64,000 nt of DNA from Candidatus Bathyarchaeota archaeon (lineage in GTDB: Archaea > Thermoproteota > Bathyarchaeia > Bathyarchaeales > Bathycorpusculaceae). Positions 49,169 through 59,134 of this stretch are shown here, in pieces. The stretch lies in the NCBI GenBank assembly GCA_963775465.1, contig CAVZIW010000003.1, positions 332,205-396,204 on the forward strand, in the 5' to 3' direction. The notes below the pieces were generated by a model, which was not told where the DNA came from, searched no databases, and worked only from the letters and a program-made list of their open reading frames with translations. A program made the translations under genes and the position numbers. The stretch's first letter is position 1. Each line of letters starts with the position of its first letter.

Positions 49169-49379
49169 CTGTTTTTTCCTGTGCGTATTTAATTCGGGTG
49201 CCCATAATTAAATATAACGGTGTTATATTTGTTTTTTTATTATCAAATTGTCGACAAAGAGGTTGCTCATTAGGATGGTCCGGGGTGCGTTGCTGTAAAG
49301 ATGCACTGCAACAGCCTAAGCTTCGTTTTAGCCATAATTCATAAAGTTGGAAGCCTTGCCGCGCTTTAAAAATTAAGGT

Positions 49380-49838
49380 TTATGGGAAGCCTGATATCAG
49401 ATCATACAGGTAGTTATCCCATTCTTTTGATTCTTTGTCTAAAATTTCAAGTACTTCTTTTAGAATTCTGTGATGTTTCTTCTCATCTTCTAAAATATTC
49501 AATATGAGTTGTTTAATTTTCTTGTCTGCTACAATTTCGCTGATGTCTTTTGCTTGTTTTAGCATTTGGGCTTCTTCTTCGATGTGGCTTGCAAGTTCTT
49601 TTTGTCCTATGGCTTTGCTTTCATCGCCTATTAATGCGTTTGAGTTAAGGTCTATGAGCATTTGATAAGTGTCTGAGTGTCTCATCGTGTCTAAAATTAT
49701 GCTGTGTATAAACAGTTTAATGACTGGGTTTTTTGCTGATTCATACATAGGAGTTAGCTTCTTAGCTGTTTGGTCTTCAAACTCTTTTTGTTTCTTAATT
49801 TTGCTAAGTGCATCTTCGTCTAATATTTTCCATGACAA
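49380..49838 (-). CDS. Ferritin-like (rubrerythrin-type) domain protein
   Basis: DTMRH, HIEEE, DEKKHH; likely TTG 49838 after GAGGA. Confidence 0.8.
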   Translation of the reverse strand: MSWKILDEDALSKIKKQKEFEDQTAKKLTPMYESAKNPVIKLFIHSIILDTMRHSDTYQMLIDLNSNALIGDESKAIGQKELASHIEEEAQMLKQAKDISEIVADKKIKQLILNILEDEKKHHRILKEVLEILDKESKEWDNYLYDLISGFP

Positions 49839-50070
49839 CTGGGGTTCCTCATGTATTTTCAGGAACATTTCCTATTTAACTTTTTTAAAAATCATGAAAT
49901 TAAATCCTTCGGTATTATTTTTGATGAAATTTGGAAGGTGCTCTTGTTCTGGTATTTTACTTTGTTATTGTTGTAAAATTCGAATTAGTTTGAATCAAAA
50001 TATGGGAATTGGATAGCTATTTCCGAAACCTTGATGAACTAGGCTTAATATTGTCCAATTGGTTTTGAGA

Positions 50071-50550
50071 ATGGAGTCTAATAATAAACTTCTTGCCTTT
50101 TTGAGAAATCAGGTTGTTGTTGAGAATGAGATTGTTGCTTCTCTTGAAAAAACGCTAGTTGATATAAAGAATCCGGTGGTTAAGAGTGTGCTTAAAGGTG
50201 TTTCTTTGGATTCTGTGAAGCATGCTGACCTTTATTCGGCTGCTATAACTTTGTTGACGCAGTCTTCTACAGCTTTAAATCAAGACAATCTAGATACTCA
50301 GCGCGCTTTGGTGCAGAAACACATCAACGTTGAGGCGGAGCTGATAAAGACTCTTCAAACAATGATACCTACTATTGAAAACGAGAAAGTCACGTTTCTG
50401 TTGAAATCCATTTTGAACGATGAAACTAAGCATCATGCTATGCTAAAGATGGTTTTGGAGATAATTGTTCATAGAGAAACTATTACCGAAGCTGATTGGT
50501 GGGAAATGCTTTGGGAAGGCTCGCCTTTCCATGGTGGACCCGGCGGCTAA
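50071..50550 (+). CDS. Ferritin-like domain protein with PFHGGPGG tail
   Basis: DSVKH, HINVE, DETKHH. Confidence 0.8.
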   Translation: MESNNKLLAFLRNQVVVENEIVASLEKTLVDIKNPVVKSVLKGVSLDSVKHADLYSAAITLLTQSSTALNQDNLDTQRALVQKHINVEAELIKTLQTMIPTIENEKVTFLLKSILNDETKHHAMLKMVLEIIVHRETITEADWWEMLWEGSPFHGGPGG

Positions 50551-50649
50551 GAAAATTAGTGAAATAGCACCAATATGGTGAGCTAAGTAACTTGAGAAAA
50601 AAAGTTCACTTGTTAGCAGCATCTTAAGGTGGAGCTTTTCGAGGCTTTT

Positions 50650-50928
50650 TTAGTTCTTGCCAGTCTCAACTTTGGTTACTTCAATTATCGATTCAGCAGG
50701 GAAGTCGATCTTTTCGAGTGCTGCTTCAAGAGCCTTTTTGGAGGGGGCTTCAAATTCGATGAGGGCTTTTTCCACTTCTGCGTTCGACTCAGGAGCACAG
50801 CAGTAGCAAGTTTTTAAAATGACATCTTTAATTCCGTTTTTCTCAAATATGTTGGTGGTGCCTATAACGCAGGTGAGGCGGTTAAGTTGGATTTGTGGTA
50901 CCTTCGAGTTAACTATGAAACGTTTCAT
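50650..50928 (-). CDS. Small protein, DUF4242-like
   Basis: EFEAPSK.....L.....P.ESI.EV pattern; CYCC. Confidence 0.5.
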   Translation of the reverse strand: MKRFIVNSKVPQIQLNRLTCVIGTTNIFEKNGIKDVILKTCYCCAPESNAEVEKALIEFEAPSKKALEAALEKIDFPAESIIEVTKVETGKN

Positions 50929-51218
50929 GGTTTGTGTCTCTCGAATTTAAAATAAAACTAAGTGTCTAATAAGTTAAGCGTTAATATGACAAAGGTGGCG
51001 GTGCCGAACTAAAGAGCTGGGTTATTGCTCATTCTGGTAGTAAAATAAGTAACTATTTTTTCTCTGTATAGCATTGAATAACTTGGTGCGACTGTTGCTC
51101 TTTTTTCTTGTGCAATGCTCGAAAAATTAATAATTTTGAAACGATTGATTTAGACGTATTTGGGATATGCTTGAAGTTTGTCTGTTATGAGAAGCTCTTT
51201 ACTCTTGACAACTTGAGG

Positions 51219-51566
51219 ATGAAGAGCGATGATTGGTTCATAGATAAAACGGTGTTTGGTTCAGAGATTAAGACGGTTGAAGTTCGTATCGGCAAAACTT
51301 TGAGTTGGGAGAGGTTGGCGCAGTTGTTTCCTGAGGCGATATTTACAGAGCCATTAACATCTCAGTTTGTTATGAAATTTGACGGATTGACTTTTGTGAG
51401 GTTGAAGGATACTGATAGATTGGGTGAAACTGAGTTTGTTATCGAAGCTTGTGATGAGTTTGGCTACTGGCTTTTAGATGTTAAGACAGGAAAGCGTCTG
51501 TGTGATTCCCTTTTGGGGGCAGATGATAGGGGTGGAGCTAATAATTGTCTTCCGCAATGTCGATAG
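51219..51566 (+). CDS. Hypothetical protein
   Basis: Open frame from MKSDDW; no family recognised. Confidence 0.45.
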   Translation: MKSDDWFIDKTVFGSEIKTVEVRIGKTLSWERLAQLFPEAIFTEPLTSQFVMKFDGLTFVRLKDTDRLGETEFVIEACDEFGYWLLDVKTGKRLCDSLLGADDRGGANNCLPQCR

Positions 51567-51653
51567 TATGGTGTTGGTGGTTTAGGCGTGGTTGATTGGT
51601 GTTCCACAAAGCATATATGGTGTAGTAATATATGGTGTATTCGGAGTTGTACT

Positions 51654-52304
51654 TTGACTTCGAACCAACAACCAGAAGCTAAAAAACCTTTTTTTGATAA
51701 TAAACGACTCGCTTTTACCGCAACAATACTCATAGTCGTTGCTTTAGCAGTGGCAGTATTAAGCTACGGTTCTCTTACAAACAACACAACAAACGATAAT
51801 CTCCAAAACACCGCGGACGATTCAGCGCAGCCATCCGCTACTTCTCAGATTCAATCGCCAACCTCATGGATGACAAAAGGTGCCTACGCAGTCTATGAAG
51901 GGCAAGCAGAAATCCTCTCGATTAGCCTAGATTTTAACGCTCGCATGGAAGTAATCGACGTAAACAGCACCCATGTTGAAATCTCCACTTCTTTTGATAT
52001 GGACTCATCTTTTGGTTCCTCAGAAAACACTACTTCTATGTGGGTTAGCAGAGAAGAAATGAATTTTCAGCCTGAAGGCTTAAACCTAAACAGCAGCTAC
52101 ACAACACAAATAACTTTGCCAAACCTTGGCACCCGAAACTGCATAGTCTACCAATACAGCGATCAAGATTTTTCAGCCACATACTACGTTGATAGCACTC
52201 TTCAATGGCCGCTAAAGATGGTAATAACTTCTCCTACTTCGGATGATGGGCAATCCTATAGTATGGATGTAAACCTGGTAGACTCAAACATACCTGGTCT
52301 CTGA
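51654..52304 (+). CDS. Membrane-anchored extracellular Ser/Thr-rich protein
   Basis: GGAG SD + TTG, single TM, W..KGAY..Y and YYVD..L.W beta-rich domain. Confidence 0.7.
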   Translation: MTSNQQPEAKKPFFDNKRLAFTATILIVVALAVAVLSYGSLTNNTTNDNLQNTADDSAQPSATSQIQSPTSWMTKGAYAVYEGQAEILSISLDFNARMEVIDVNSTHVEISTSFDMDSSFGSSENTTSMWVSREEMNFQPEGLNLNSSYTTQITLPNLGTRNCIVYQYSDQDFSATYYVDSTLQWPLKMVITSPTSDDGQSYSMDVNLVDSNIPGL

Positions 52305-52383
52305 TCCATCTTTTTTATTTTGTTTAGTTTGTTTTTTAGAATTCAATATATTTAGAGTTCCGATTAAATGGTCATTTTAACCA

Positions 52384-53364
52384 TTAAATGGGGTAGTTGC
52401 CGCATATTCTGCAAAAACCAATCTTTGTTTTCACGTATGCCTTACATTTTGGGCACTGTCTTCCTTGCTTTTCTGGGTATGCTTCTGTTGGGGAACCGTG
52501 CCGACTTCTGAAAATCTCGTAATAGAACATTTGTTCTTTATCGTTGAGTTCGACTTGGTCTTTTTCAAGGTAGGTTTGTTTCTTTTTGGAAAATTCTTCG
52601 TTTGAAATTTTTTTGCTGAAGACATTCTGAAGTTTTGCTGTTCCTGTTCCTTTTTCTAATGCGATTTTTGGTCGCCAGATAACCTCGCTGGGGATTGCGT
52701 CTTCGTATGCTTTTCGTAGTAACCATTTGCCGTATTGGGTTCCTTTTTCAAAGTTTATTTTCATTCTAAGGGGCAGTTTTTTTGCGAAATTCATGAATTC
52801 AGGGTCTAAATAGGGGGTTTTGACAGCTATTCCGATTGCTTTTCCTAAGGGTATTGATGAGAAGGTCATTTCTTCCCACATGTTTTGGAGGTTTTCTGCG
52901 AGTTCGTTTTCGGTTAGGTGGAATAGCCATGGATAGCCGAAAAGTTCATCCATTCCGTCTCCGGTGAAGACGCTTTTTAACTTTTTTTCTTTTGCTTTTG
53001 TTAGGCCGATGTATTCGGTAATTGCATGTCTGATTTGCATGGGGTCGAATATTTTTAGAATTTCAATTACCTTTTTTGCTGCGTTGGCTGCATCTGTGGC
53101 GTTGAAGATTTGAAATTCATGGTCCAGTTTTAGATAGGCTACCATTCTTTTTACAAATTCGATGTCTTCGGGCGTTCCTTGTTCGAAAATAAGTGTCATC
53201 GCTTTTAGATCTGGCTTAAATTTTAGTGCTTCGTAGGCGAGGATGCTTGTGTCTGTTCCGGCTGAAAACAGTAAGCCTTCTGCCAGGTTTTTTTGGATGA
53301 CTTTGTTTAGGAGGACTCGTAATTCTGAGAGAAGAACGGTGTTTTCGGTTTGGTTGATGGTCAT
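52384..53364 (-). CDS. Asparagine synthase C-terminal-domain protein with zinc ribbon, no GATase domain
   Basis: FSAGTDTS PP-loop, TGDGMDELF.GY, PYLD, GKWLLR, RPK, CPKC..CRICG. Confidence 0.85.
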   Translation of the reverse strand: MTINQTENTVLLSELRVLLNKVIQKNLAEGLLFSAGTDTSILAYEALKFKPDLKAMTLIFEQGTPEDIEFVKRMVAYLKLDHEFQIFNATDAANAAKKVIEILKIFDPMQIRHAITEYIGLTKAKEKKLKSVFTGDGMDELFGYPWLFHLTENELAENLQNMWEEMTFSSIPLGKAIGIAVKTPYLDPEFMNFAKKLPLRMKINFEKGTQYGKWLLRKAYEDAIPSEVIWRPKIALEKGTGTAKLQNVFSKKISNEEFSKKKQTYLEKDQVELNDKEQMFYYEIFRSRHGSPTEAYPEKQGRQCPKCKAYVKTKIGFCRICGNYPI

Positions 53365-53492
53365 ATAATTCCTTTTAGAGATGTTGAGACAAATGAAAAT
53401 TTTGTTGACACTATTTAAGACTATCCGTGTGCGATAAATCGTCAAATTTGTTTTGATGGATTTGTTGGTTGTTTTTTGGTTTAGGTTTTTTG

Positions 53493-54584
53493 TTAGGGTT
53501 GTGGTTGAAGGCTTATTTTTTCAACTGTTCTGTTTAGGGTTACTTCGGCGATTTCTTTGCTGTATTCTACGATTTTTCTTGTGTTATCCAAGACTAATCT
53601 GTAGATTGTGAGTAGGTTTGGGTTTATGTTTTTGTTGAATAGTAGGGTTAAGAGGTCGTTTTCTAGTCCGAGAAATGATTCTAGTCTGGAGAGTATTTTT
53701 TCGGCTTGTGCGTATTCTCTTTTGAAGAGTGATTCTAGGCTTTCTTTGAAGAGTTGTTGGGTTAAGGAGTTGAAGGAGTCGATTTGGTTGTAGACTTCTT
53801 GGTCAAGGTTTTCTTTTAGAATTATGAGTTTGTCGTCGATTAGTCGTTTTAGGGTTTTTATGTTTTTTTCCAAGTTGTTTGCGTTTGCTGCGATGTTTTT
53901 TATGTTGTTTGCGACTAGTCTGTAGCCTAAGTATTCTTTTGTGGGTTCGAGTCCTAAATCGCCGAATAGATTGTGTTCGATTCCGTATGTTAATTGTCGG
54001 ACAACGTATAGGTTTAGTCGTTCTACGTCCATTTTTTTTAAGTAGATATAGCGTGTTTTGTCTTGTTCTAGGCTTTTTAGGGCGACAATGGAGTCTTTGT
54101 GTGCGGAGGTAGCTAAATTGGCCATTCTGCTGATGGCTTTTTCGATTGGTAGTTCGGGATGGTTGATTAGGACTTGGAGACTGATTTTCTCTGTTGTTTC
54201 TTCAACGATTTCGGTTCCTAAAAGTAAGTTTCTTACGAGGTTTGTTATGGCGTTTTTGAATTCTTTGTTGTTTTCTGTATTCTTGAAATTGAGGTGGATT
54301 AGTTCTGCTCCGGTTGCATATAGCGATGTTAGTTTGCGGCATACTGAGTCGGGGTCGCTTTTTTGGTTTATTTCAATAGAGTATTCTTTTAGTTTTTCTG
54401 GTGTGTTTTTTTTGTGTTCCATCTTTTGGGGGGTTAGGACTAGTGCTTTGTCTGTGTTGATTTTTATGGATATTTGGCTTCCTTTGTCTATGCCTATCTC
54501 TTGAGCCCATTTTTTTGGCAGTGACATCGTGAAGGTGCCTCTGCCTGTGGACTGCACTGTTCTGTATCCTAACTCTTTTTCCAT
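53493..54584 (-). CDS. AbrB/MazE-PhoU family regulator
   Basis: RTVQSTGRGTFTMSLPKKWA..GI.KG plus two helical PhoU repeats. Confidence 0.85.
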   Translation of the reverse strand: MEKELGYRTVQSTGRGTFTMSLPKKWAQEIGIDKGSQISIKINTDKALVLTPQKMEHKKNTPEKLKEYSIEINQKSDPDSVCRKLTSLYATGAELIHLNFKNTENNKEFKNAITNLVRNLLLGTEIVEETTEKISLQVLINHPELPIEKAISRMANLATSAHKDSIVALKSLEQDKTRYIYLKKMDVERLNLYVVRQLTYGIEHNLFGDLGLEPTKEYLGYRLVANNIKNIAANANNLEKNIKTLKRLIDDKLIILKENLDQEVYNQIDSFNSLTQQLFKESLESLFKREYAQAEKILSRLESFLGLENDLLTLLFNKNINPNLLTIYRLVLDNTRKIVEYSKEIAEVTLNRTVEKISLQPQP

Positions 54585-54820
54585 GGCTTTTACACACATG
54601 CAATGAATATATTTCATATGTTTTTTGTTGGTTATTGTGAGGTATGTTTTGTTTTGCCTTAAATGATTTGTGAGGGTCTCTCGTGTTGGGTGGGTATTTG
54701 TTGGTTTGCAGAAAAATTTTGGGTGGTTAAATGTAGGGGATTGTTTTTGGGGTGTTTTGGGTTAGTTTTGGTTTGTTTGATAAAAAATGTAGGTGGTTGA
54801 AAGAAAATTGGGGGGGAGGT

Positions 54821-56410
54821 TTATTCTTCTAGGATTTTGTTTGCTTCTTCGCTGTATGCGTCCATTACGTAGGATATTCCTGAGATTTTTGATGCTTCTT
54901 CTGTTAGTGCCATGAGGTCTTTGCGGGTTATGGTTGAGAGGTTAAAGTTTCTGCTTCCCGCCATCAATTGTTGTAATCCGACTTTGAATTTTTGGCAGTA
55001 TGTGTAGATGCCTACTGCGCCTAAAGGTATGTCTTTCATTCTTGAGCCGTATTTTTCTTCGAGTTCTGCGTATGCGACAAAGATTTCGTTGGCGGTGCTG
55101 CCGTATTTTGATATGGATTTTGGTAGGTTGCCTTCTGCTATCCAGTTTTCTATGTTTTTTCCGACCATGCCGGGGATCATTAGGCCTCTTCCCATGCATA
55201 CTGCTTTGACGTATGGGCTGCCCATTGCGAGTGCTTTGAATACGCCGTCTTCGGATGAGAATCCGCCTGCCATGGCGATGTCGGGGACTTTTATGCCTTT
55301 TTTTGTTAGTTTTTGGCAGTAGTTGTATGCGAGTGCTTGTAGGTAGAATGTTGGGATGCCCCATTCGTTCATCATTGGTCTTGGGCTCATTCCTGTGCCT
55401 CCTGGTGCTCCGTCGATGGTTAGTAGGTCTAGTTTGGCTTCGGCGCCGTATCGTAGTGCCATGGCTAGTTCTACTGCGGAGTAGGCTCCGGTTTTTAGTG
55501 TGATTCGTTTGAATCCTACGTCTCGGAGTCGATCGGTTTCTTCTAGGAAGGCTTCTTTGGTTACGAATCCTAGTCTTGAGTGGCGTTCGAATTCTTTGAT
55601 TGCTCCTTTTTCGAAGGCTGTTTGGTTTTCGTGTAGTGTGGGGTCGGGGGAGACGACGTAGCCTCTGTTTTTTAGTTCCGTTGCTCGTTTTATGCTTTCA
55701 ACTTGGATTTCTCCGCCGATGCATTTGGCGCCTTGTCCCCATTTGAGTTCGATGGTGTCTAGATTGTGTTTTGATGATACGTATTCGGCTACTCCGAATC
55801 GGGTGTCTTCTACGTTCATTTGGATGAGGAGTTCTCCGTAGCCTTCGTGGAATTTGTTGTAGATTTCTATTCGGCGGTCCATTTCGGGTGATTTGGTGAT
55901 TTTGCCGTTGTTGTCTAGTTCGAGTTGGGGGTCGATTCCGCAGACGTTTTCGCCGCAGACTAGTGTGATGCCTGAGATTGCTGCTCCTATGGCGAAGTGT
56001 TCCCAGTTTTTTCTGGCTATTTCGGTTGAGCCTAGTGCGCCTGTGAATATGGGGACTCGCAGTTTGACTTTTTTTTCCCATCCGTATTGTGTTTCGGTGT
56101 TGACTTTTGGGAATAGTGCGGTGTCTGGGCCTGGTTGTTCTCCTTGTGGTAGGCCTTTTGCGCCTCGTGCGTAGCCTTGTATGTTTAGGTGGGAGTAGTC
56201 TACGGGGTAGTTTTTGTCTGCTCCGGCGGTCATTGTTCCGAATGGTCCGGGGTAGAGTACTTCGCGTCCTCTGAATGTTGATAGCCATATTTCGCAACCG
56301 CCTTTACATCCATCGATGCAGTTTGAGCATATGCCTGACATGGGCGTTACATCTTTTGATCGGTTGAATGTGCCGGTTGACTCGTTTGCGTTTGGTTTTC
56401 TCAAGTTCAT
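54821..56410 (-). CDS. FMN-binding glutamate synthase family protein (stand-alone)
   Basis: ELKWGQGAK, DGAPGGTG, WGIP, AGG, KALAMG, MGR; N-terminal CxxCxxxCxxxC. Confidence 0.9.
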   Translation of the reverse strand: MNLRKPNANESTGTFNRSKDVTPMSGICSNCIDGCKGGCEIWLSTFRGREVLYPGPFGTMTAGADKNYPVDYSHLNIQGYARGAKGLPQGEQPGPDTALFPKVNTETQYGWEKKVKLRVPIFTGALGSTEIARKNWEHFAIGAAISGITLVCGENVCGIDPQLELDNNGKITKSPEMDRRIEIYNKFHEGYGELLIQMNVEDTRFGVAEYVSSKHNLDTIELKWGQGAKCIGGEIQVESIKRATELKNRGYVVSPDPTLHENQTAFEKGAIKEFERHSRLGFVTKEAFLEETDRLRDVGFKRITLKTGAYSAVELAMALRYGAEAKLDLLTIDGAPGGTGMSPRPMMNEWGIPTFYLQALAYNYCQKLTKKGIKVPDIAMAGGFSSEDGVFKALAMGSPYVKAVCMGRGLMIPGMVGKNIENWIAEGNLPKSISKYGSTANEIFVAYAELEEKYGSRMKDIPLGAVGIYTYCQKFKVGLQQLMAGSRNFNLSTITRKDLMALTEEASKISGISYVMDAYSEEANKILEE

Positions 56411-56596
56411 GTTAAAACATCCTTTAGTTCTATGGGCAATCTATATTTTTCGTATATATGTTTATTCATAATACTCTATATGTGAAAAATTATTTTCATA
56501 TGAAATCAATAGATTTGTGGGGTTGAAGTTTCACAAAATTTTTAAGCAATAACCAAAGCAATATCTACGTAGCAGAAATGTTGGGAAGGATGAGAA

Positions 56597-56851
56597 ATGC
56601 CCTGTGCTTATGTCTTGTTTAATGTCAGTTCAGGTTCAGAGGATCGAGTGCTTGAAAAACTAAGGAGCATAGCTGGGGTTGAGGAAACTTTTTTTTCTTA
56701 TGGCATATATGATTTGGTGATCAAGATTAAGACAGATTCGATGGAGCAACTAAATGACCTGTTAAGCCATCGTCTTAGAGTTTTGGATGATGTGCAATCA
56801 ACGATAACGCTGATACAGGCGGAAGAGAAAAAATTGCTTGTTAATGTTTAA
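56597..56851 (+). CDS. Lrp/AsnC ligand-binding domain protein
   Basis: AYVLFNV..G.E, YGIYDLVIK, STITLI. Confidence 0.88.
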   Translation: MPCAYVLFNVSSGSEDRVLEKLRSIAGVEETFFSYGIYDLVIKIKTDSMEQLNDLLSHRLRVLDDVQSTITLIQAEEKKLLVNV

Positions 56852-57172
56852 AATTCTGTAAGGATATGTTCCCTTGCTTAAGGTTCTGTGTAGTTGGGGA
56901 TTGTTTTTTGTTTGTAGTTGAGGCGGTCTAGTCTTTGTTGGAGTTTTCTTTTCTTTTCTCTTTGTTCTAGGGGGGAGAGTGGTGCGAATGCGAGAGCGGT
57001 GAGAAAGTGCTCGATTTTTTTGGTTTTCTTCAAGTGAGGGTCATCTTGCTTGTTTATTGAGATTTAAGATGTTTTTAAGTCCTGCTGTTTTTAAATATAG
57101 ATTGCTGATGAGTCTTCGTGTTTGGAAATCAACGTTATTTTTCTTCTTTGTTGTTTTGGTGTACAGCGTCTT

Positions 57173-57583
57173 TTAACCGTCAACTTGGAGTTGTTTGTTT
57201 GCTGAGTTTTTGTTTGTCGCTTTAGGTTGCATTTTTGATTTGGCTTCGATGTATTCTTTGAGTGCGTTAGCATTGTTTAGTTTTTCTTCCTTAGAGCTAA
57301 AAACAAAGGTTACTTTGCTCTGTTTGGCTTCTTTAGTTAACTTCGATAAGGTTTCTTTTTTGTCTTCGAGTTCTTTCCAGTAACGTTTTTTGAACTCGGT
57401 CCATTTGGTTGGGTCATGATTGTACCATTTGCGGAGTTGGGTGCTGGGTGCGACGTCTTTGGGCCATTCGTCGATCTTTGCGTCTTCTTTTTTTAGTCCT
57501 CTTGGCCAAAGTCGTTCAACAAGAATGCGTTTGCCGTCTTCAGTACTAGGTTTTGTATACACTCGTTTTAGAGAAATGGTCAT
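57173..57583 (-). CDS. DUF488 (YeaO) family protein
   Basis: KRVY, DGKRILVERLWPRG, APS..LRKW, F..RY, NNA. Confidence 0.9.
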   Translation of the reverse strand: MTISLKRVYTKPSTEDGKRILVERLWPRGLKKEDAKIDEWPKDVAPSTQLRKWYNHDPTKWTEFKKRYWKELEDKKETLSKLTKEAKQSKVTFVFSSKEEKLNNANALKEYIEAKSKMQPKATNKNSANKQLQVDG

Positions 57584-57653
57584 GATGTATCTCCAGAGTT
57601 TTGGTTAATTCCTTTTTGTGTCGTTTGCAGAAGGAGGGTAATTTTTTTAGGCG

Positions 57654-57890
57654 TTAAACCAAGACTCCGATTGGTTTGGTTTTTTCCATAACGTCTTCGG
57701 AATGGGGGGCGGTGTCCATTGCTTCTGTCAAGTCTTCGCCTGCTACGTGACCTAAGTGGTCGCCGTCTGTCCACAAGTTAGAATCGGTTACGTCGTAGAC
57801 TTTTCCTTTGTAAGCAACATATGCTGGCTTGCCGTTTTTTCCGTTAAAACCACTTAATTCTTGAATGGTGAATTTTTGAGTTTTTTCCAA
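57654..57890 (-). CDS. Cytochrome b5-like heme/steroid-binding protein
   Basis: FT..EL..FNG, YVAYKGKVYDVT, H.AGEDLT, APH; likely TTG 57890. Confidence 0.9.
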   Translation of the reverse strand: MEKTQKFTIQELSGFNGKNGKPAYVAYKGKVYDVTDSNLWTDGDHLGHVAGEDLTEAMDTAPHSEDVMEKTKPIGVLV

Positions 57891-58090
57891 GTTTGTATCT
57901 TCCTGCTTTTGTTTTTGTTTACAAGTTAGTTTGTTGACTTTCAGGGCAATAACTCTCTGTGGTTGTTGTCTAACAATCACACAAGCAAGCTCTGTGGTTA
58001 CTGTTTGGTTGTTTTTTATTGTTTTGTTTCTTTGTGGGGATGGGTGTTTGTAGAGTTGTCCCGTCCCATCTTTTGGTTGTGGGAGGGTTT

Positions 58091-58239
58091 GGTTTTTTGG
58101 TTTGGGTTGTTTTTTTGTTTGTGTTGGGATGGGGGAAGCGGCTTTTTTTCTCGTTGGCAGGGATGGGTGGGTGAGGGGGGTTTTTTGGTTTGGGTTGTTT
58201 TTTTGTTAGTGTTGGGATGGGGGAAGCGGCTTTTTTTCT
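58091..58239. repeat. 61-bp direct repeat, two copies, period 88 bp, G/T-rich
   Basis: 58091-58151 and 58179-58239 differ at one position; both followed by GGATGGGTGGG. Confidence 0.85.
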
Positions 58240-58609
58240 TGTGGGTTATGTTGGATGGGTGGGATGAGGATGGGTAGAATGTTTTTTTCTTGGTTTATTG
58301 TCAGGTTACTTGGTCTTTTGGCGTCTTAGGGCAGTGTTTTTTCTGTTTCACTTTTCAGCTTAAAAACCACTGGCAAATAATGCGATGGAGTCTGACATGG
58401 TTTGGGGGTGGAGTGGGATTAGGACCCTTCAATAAGGGTTTGGCATCACCGCTTTTTACGAGTTTTCCGCTGTTTCTCTTTTTTTGTGGTTGCTCAGTCC
58501 TGATTACCCAATGTAAAGTTTGGTCTTGTTGATGGACGGGAAAACCTTATTGAGCACTTTGATATGGAGAGAGCTAAAAAAGCTGTTCAAAGCTTGCAAG
58601 GAAAGCATT

Positions 58610-59134
58610 TTACCCTTGTTTTTTGAAGAATTTATCGAGAACCAGATTTAGGTGATATAGGTAGTCTTCTTCGGGTCCAACGTAAGTTTGAACCACCAAC
58701 ATGGCCCTTTCTTTGATTTTAGCTTCTGAGACGTTTGCCTTTTTGATGCAGGCTTCTATGTCTTGCATGTCTCTTTCGTTTAGCCGCCCGATTTTGGTTA
58801 CGATTATATCGACTGGTTGGAGAGCCCTCAGTAAAATATGGCTGAATTCTTTGATTTTGATGCTTTTCTCCAAGTAATCGTTGGGCAGTGTTTGGCAGAA
58901 TATGCATCCGTCAGTCCATCGGTCAACTTTGTAGCCGGGTGGATTGCTTTTTAGGGCTTGCTCAAATTCTATTCTGTCGCAGCCTGGAATTGTAAAGTCG
59001 ATGTCGATGGTGGATGGTTTTAGGTCAAGTAGAGTCATGGCTGTGCCGCCTGCAGCAACCAAGGTGATCTTCTTGGTTAGGTCTTCGTTTAGTACGCTTA
59101 GAAAGTCGAAGAGAGCGCTTTTGTCACAGGGCAT
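58610..59134 (-). CDS. DUF6036 / AbiEii-like nucleotidyltransferase
   Basis: GGTAM...K.STIDIDF, DII.TK..R..ERD..DI. Confidence 0.8.
   Translation of the reverse strand: MPCDKSALFDFLSVLNEDLTKKITLVAAGGTAMTLLDLKPSTIDIDFTIPGCDRIEFEQALKSNPPGYKVDRWTDGCIFCQTLPNDYLEKSIKIKEFSHILLRALQPVDIIVTKIGRLNERDMQDIEACIKKANVSEAKIKERAMLVVQTYVGPEEDYLYHLNLVLDKFFKKQG

Noticed and set aside
54942-56297. Arg-rich alternative-frame ORFs in the glutamate synthase gene
   Set aside because: Produced by A/C-ending codon skew
58403-58430. Minus-strand GGGTCCTAATCCCACTCCACCCCCA resembling a tRNA 3' end (possible att)
   Set aside because: T-loop and stem too degenerate; no match to the three tRNAs here
57963-58532. Phe/Gly/Trp-rich ORFs
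   Set aside because: Translations of low-complexity G/T repeat DNA
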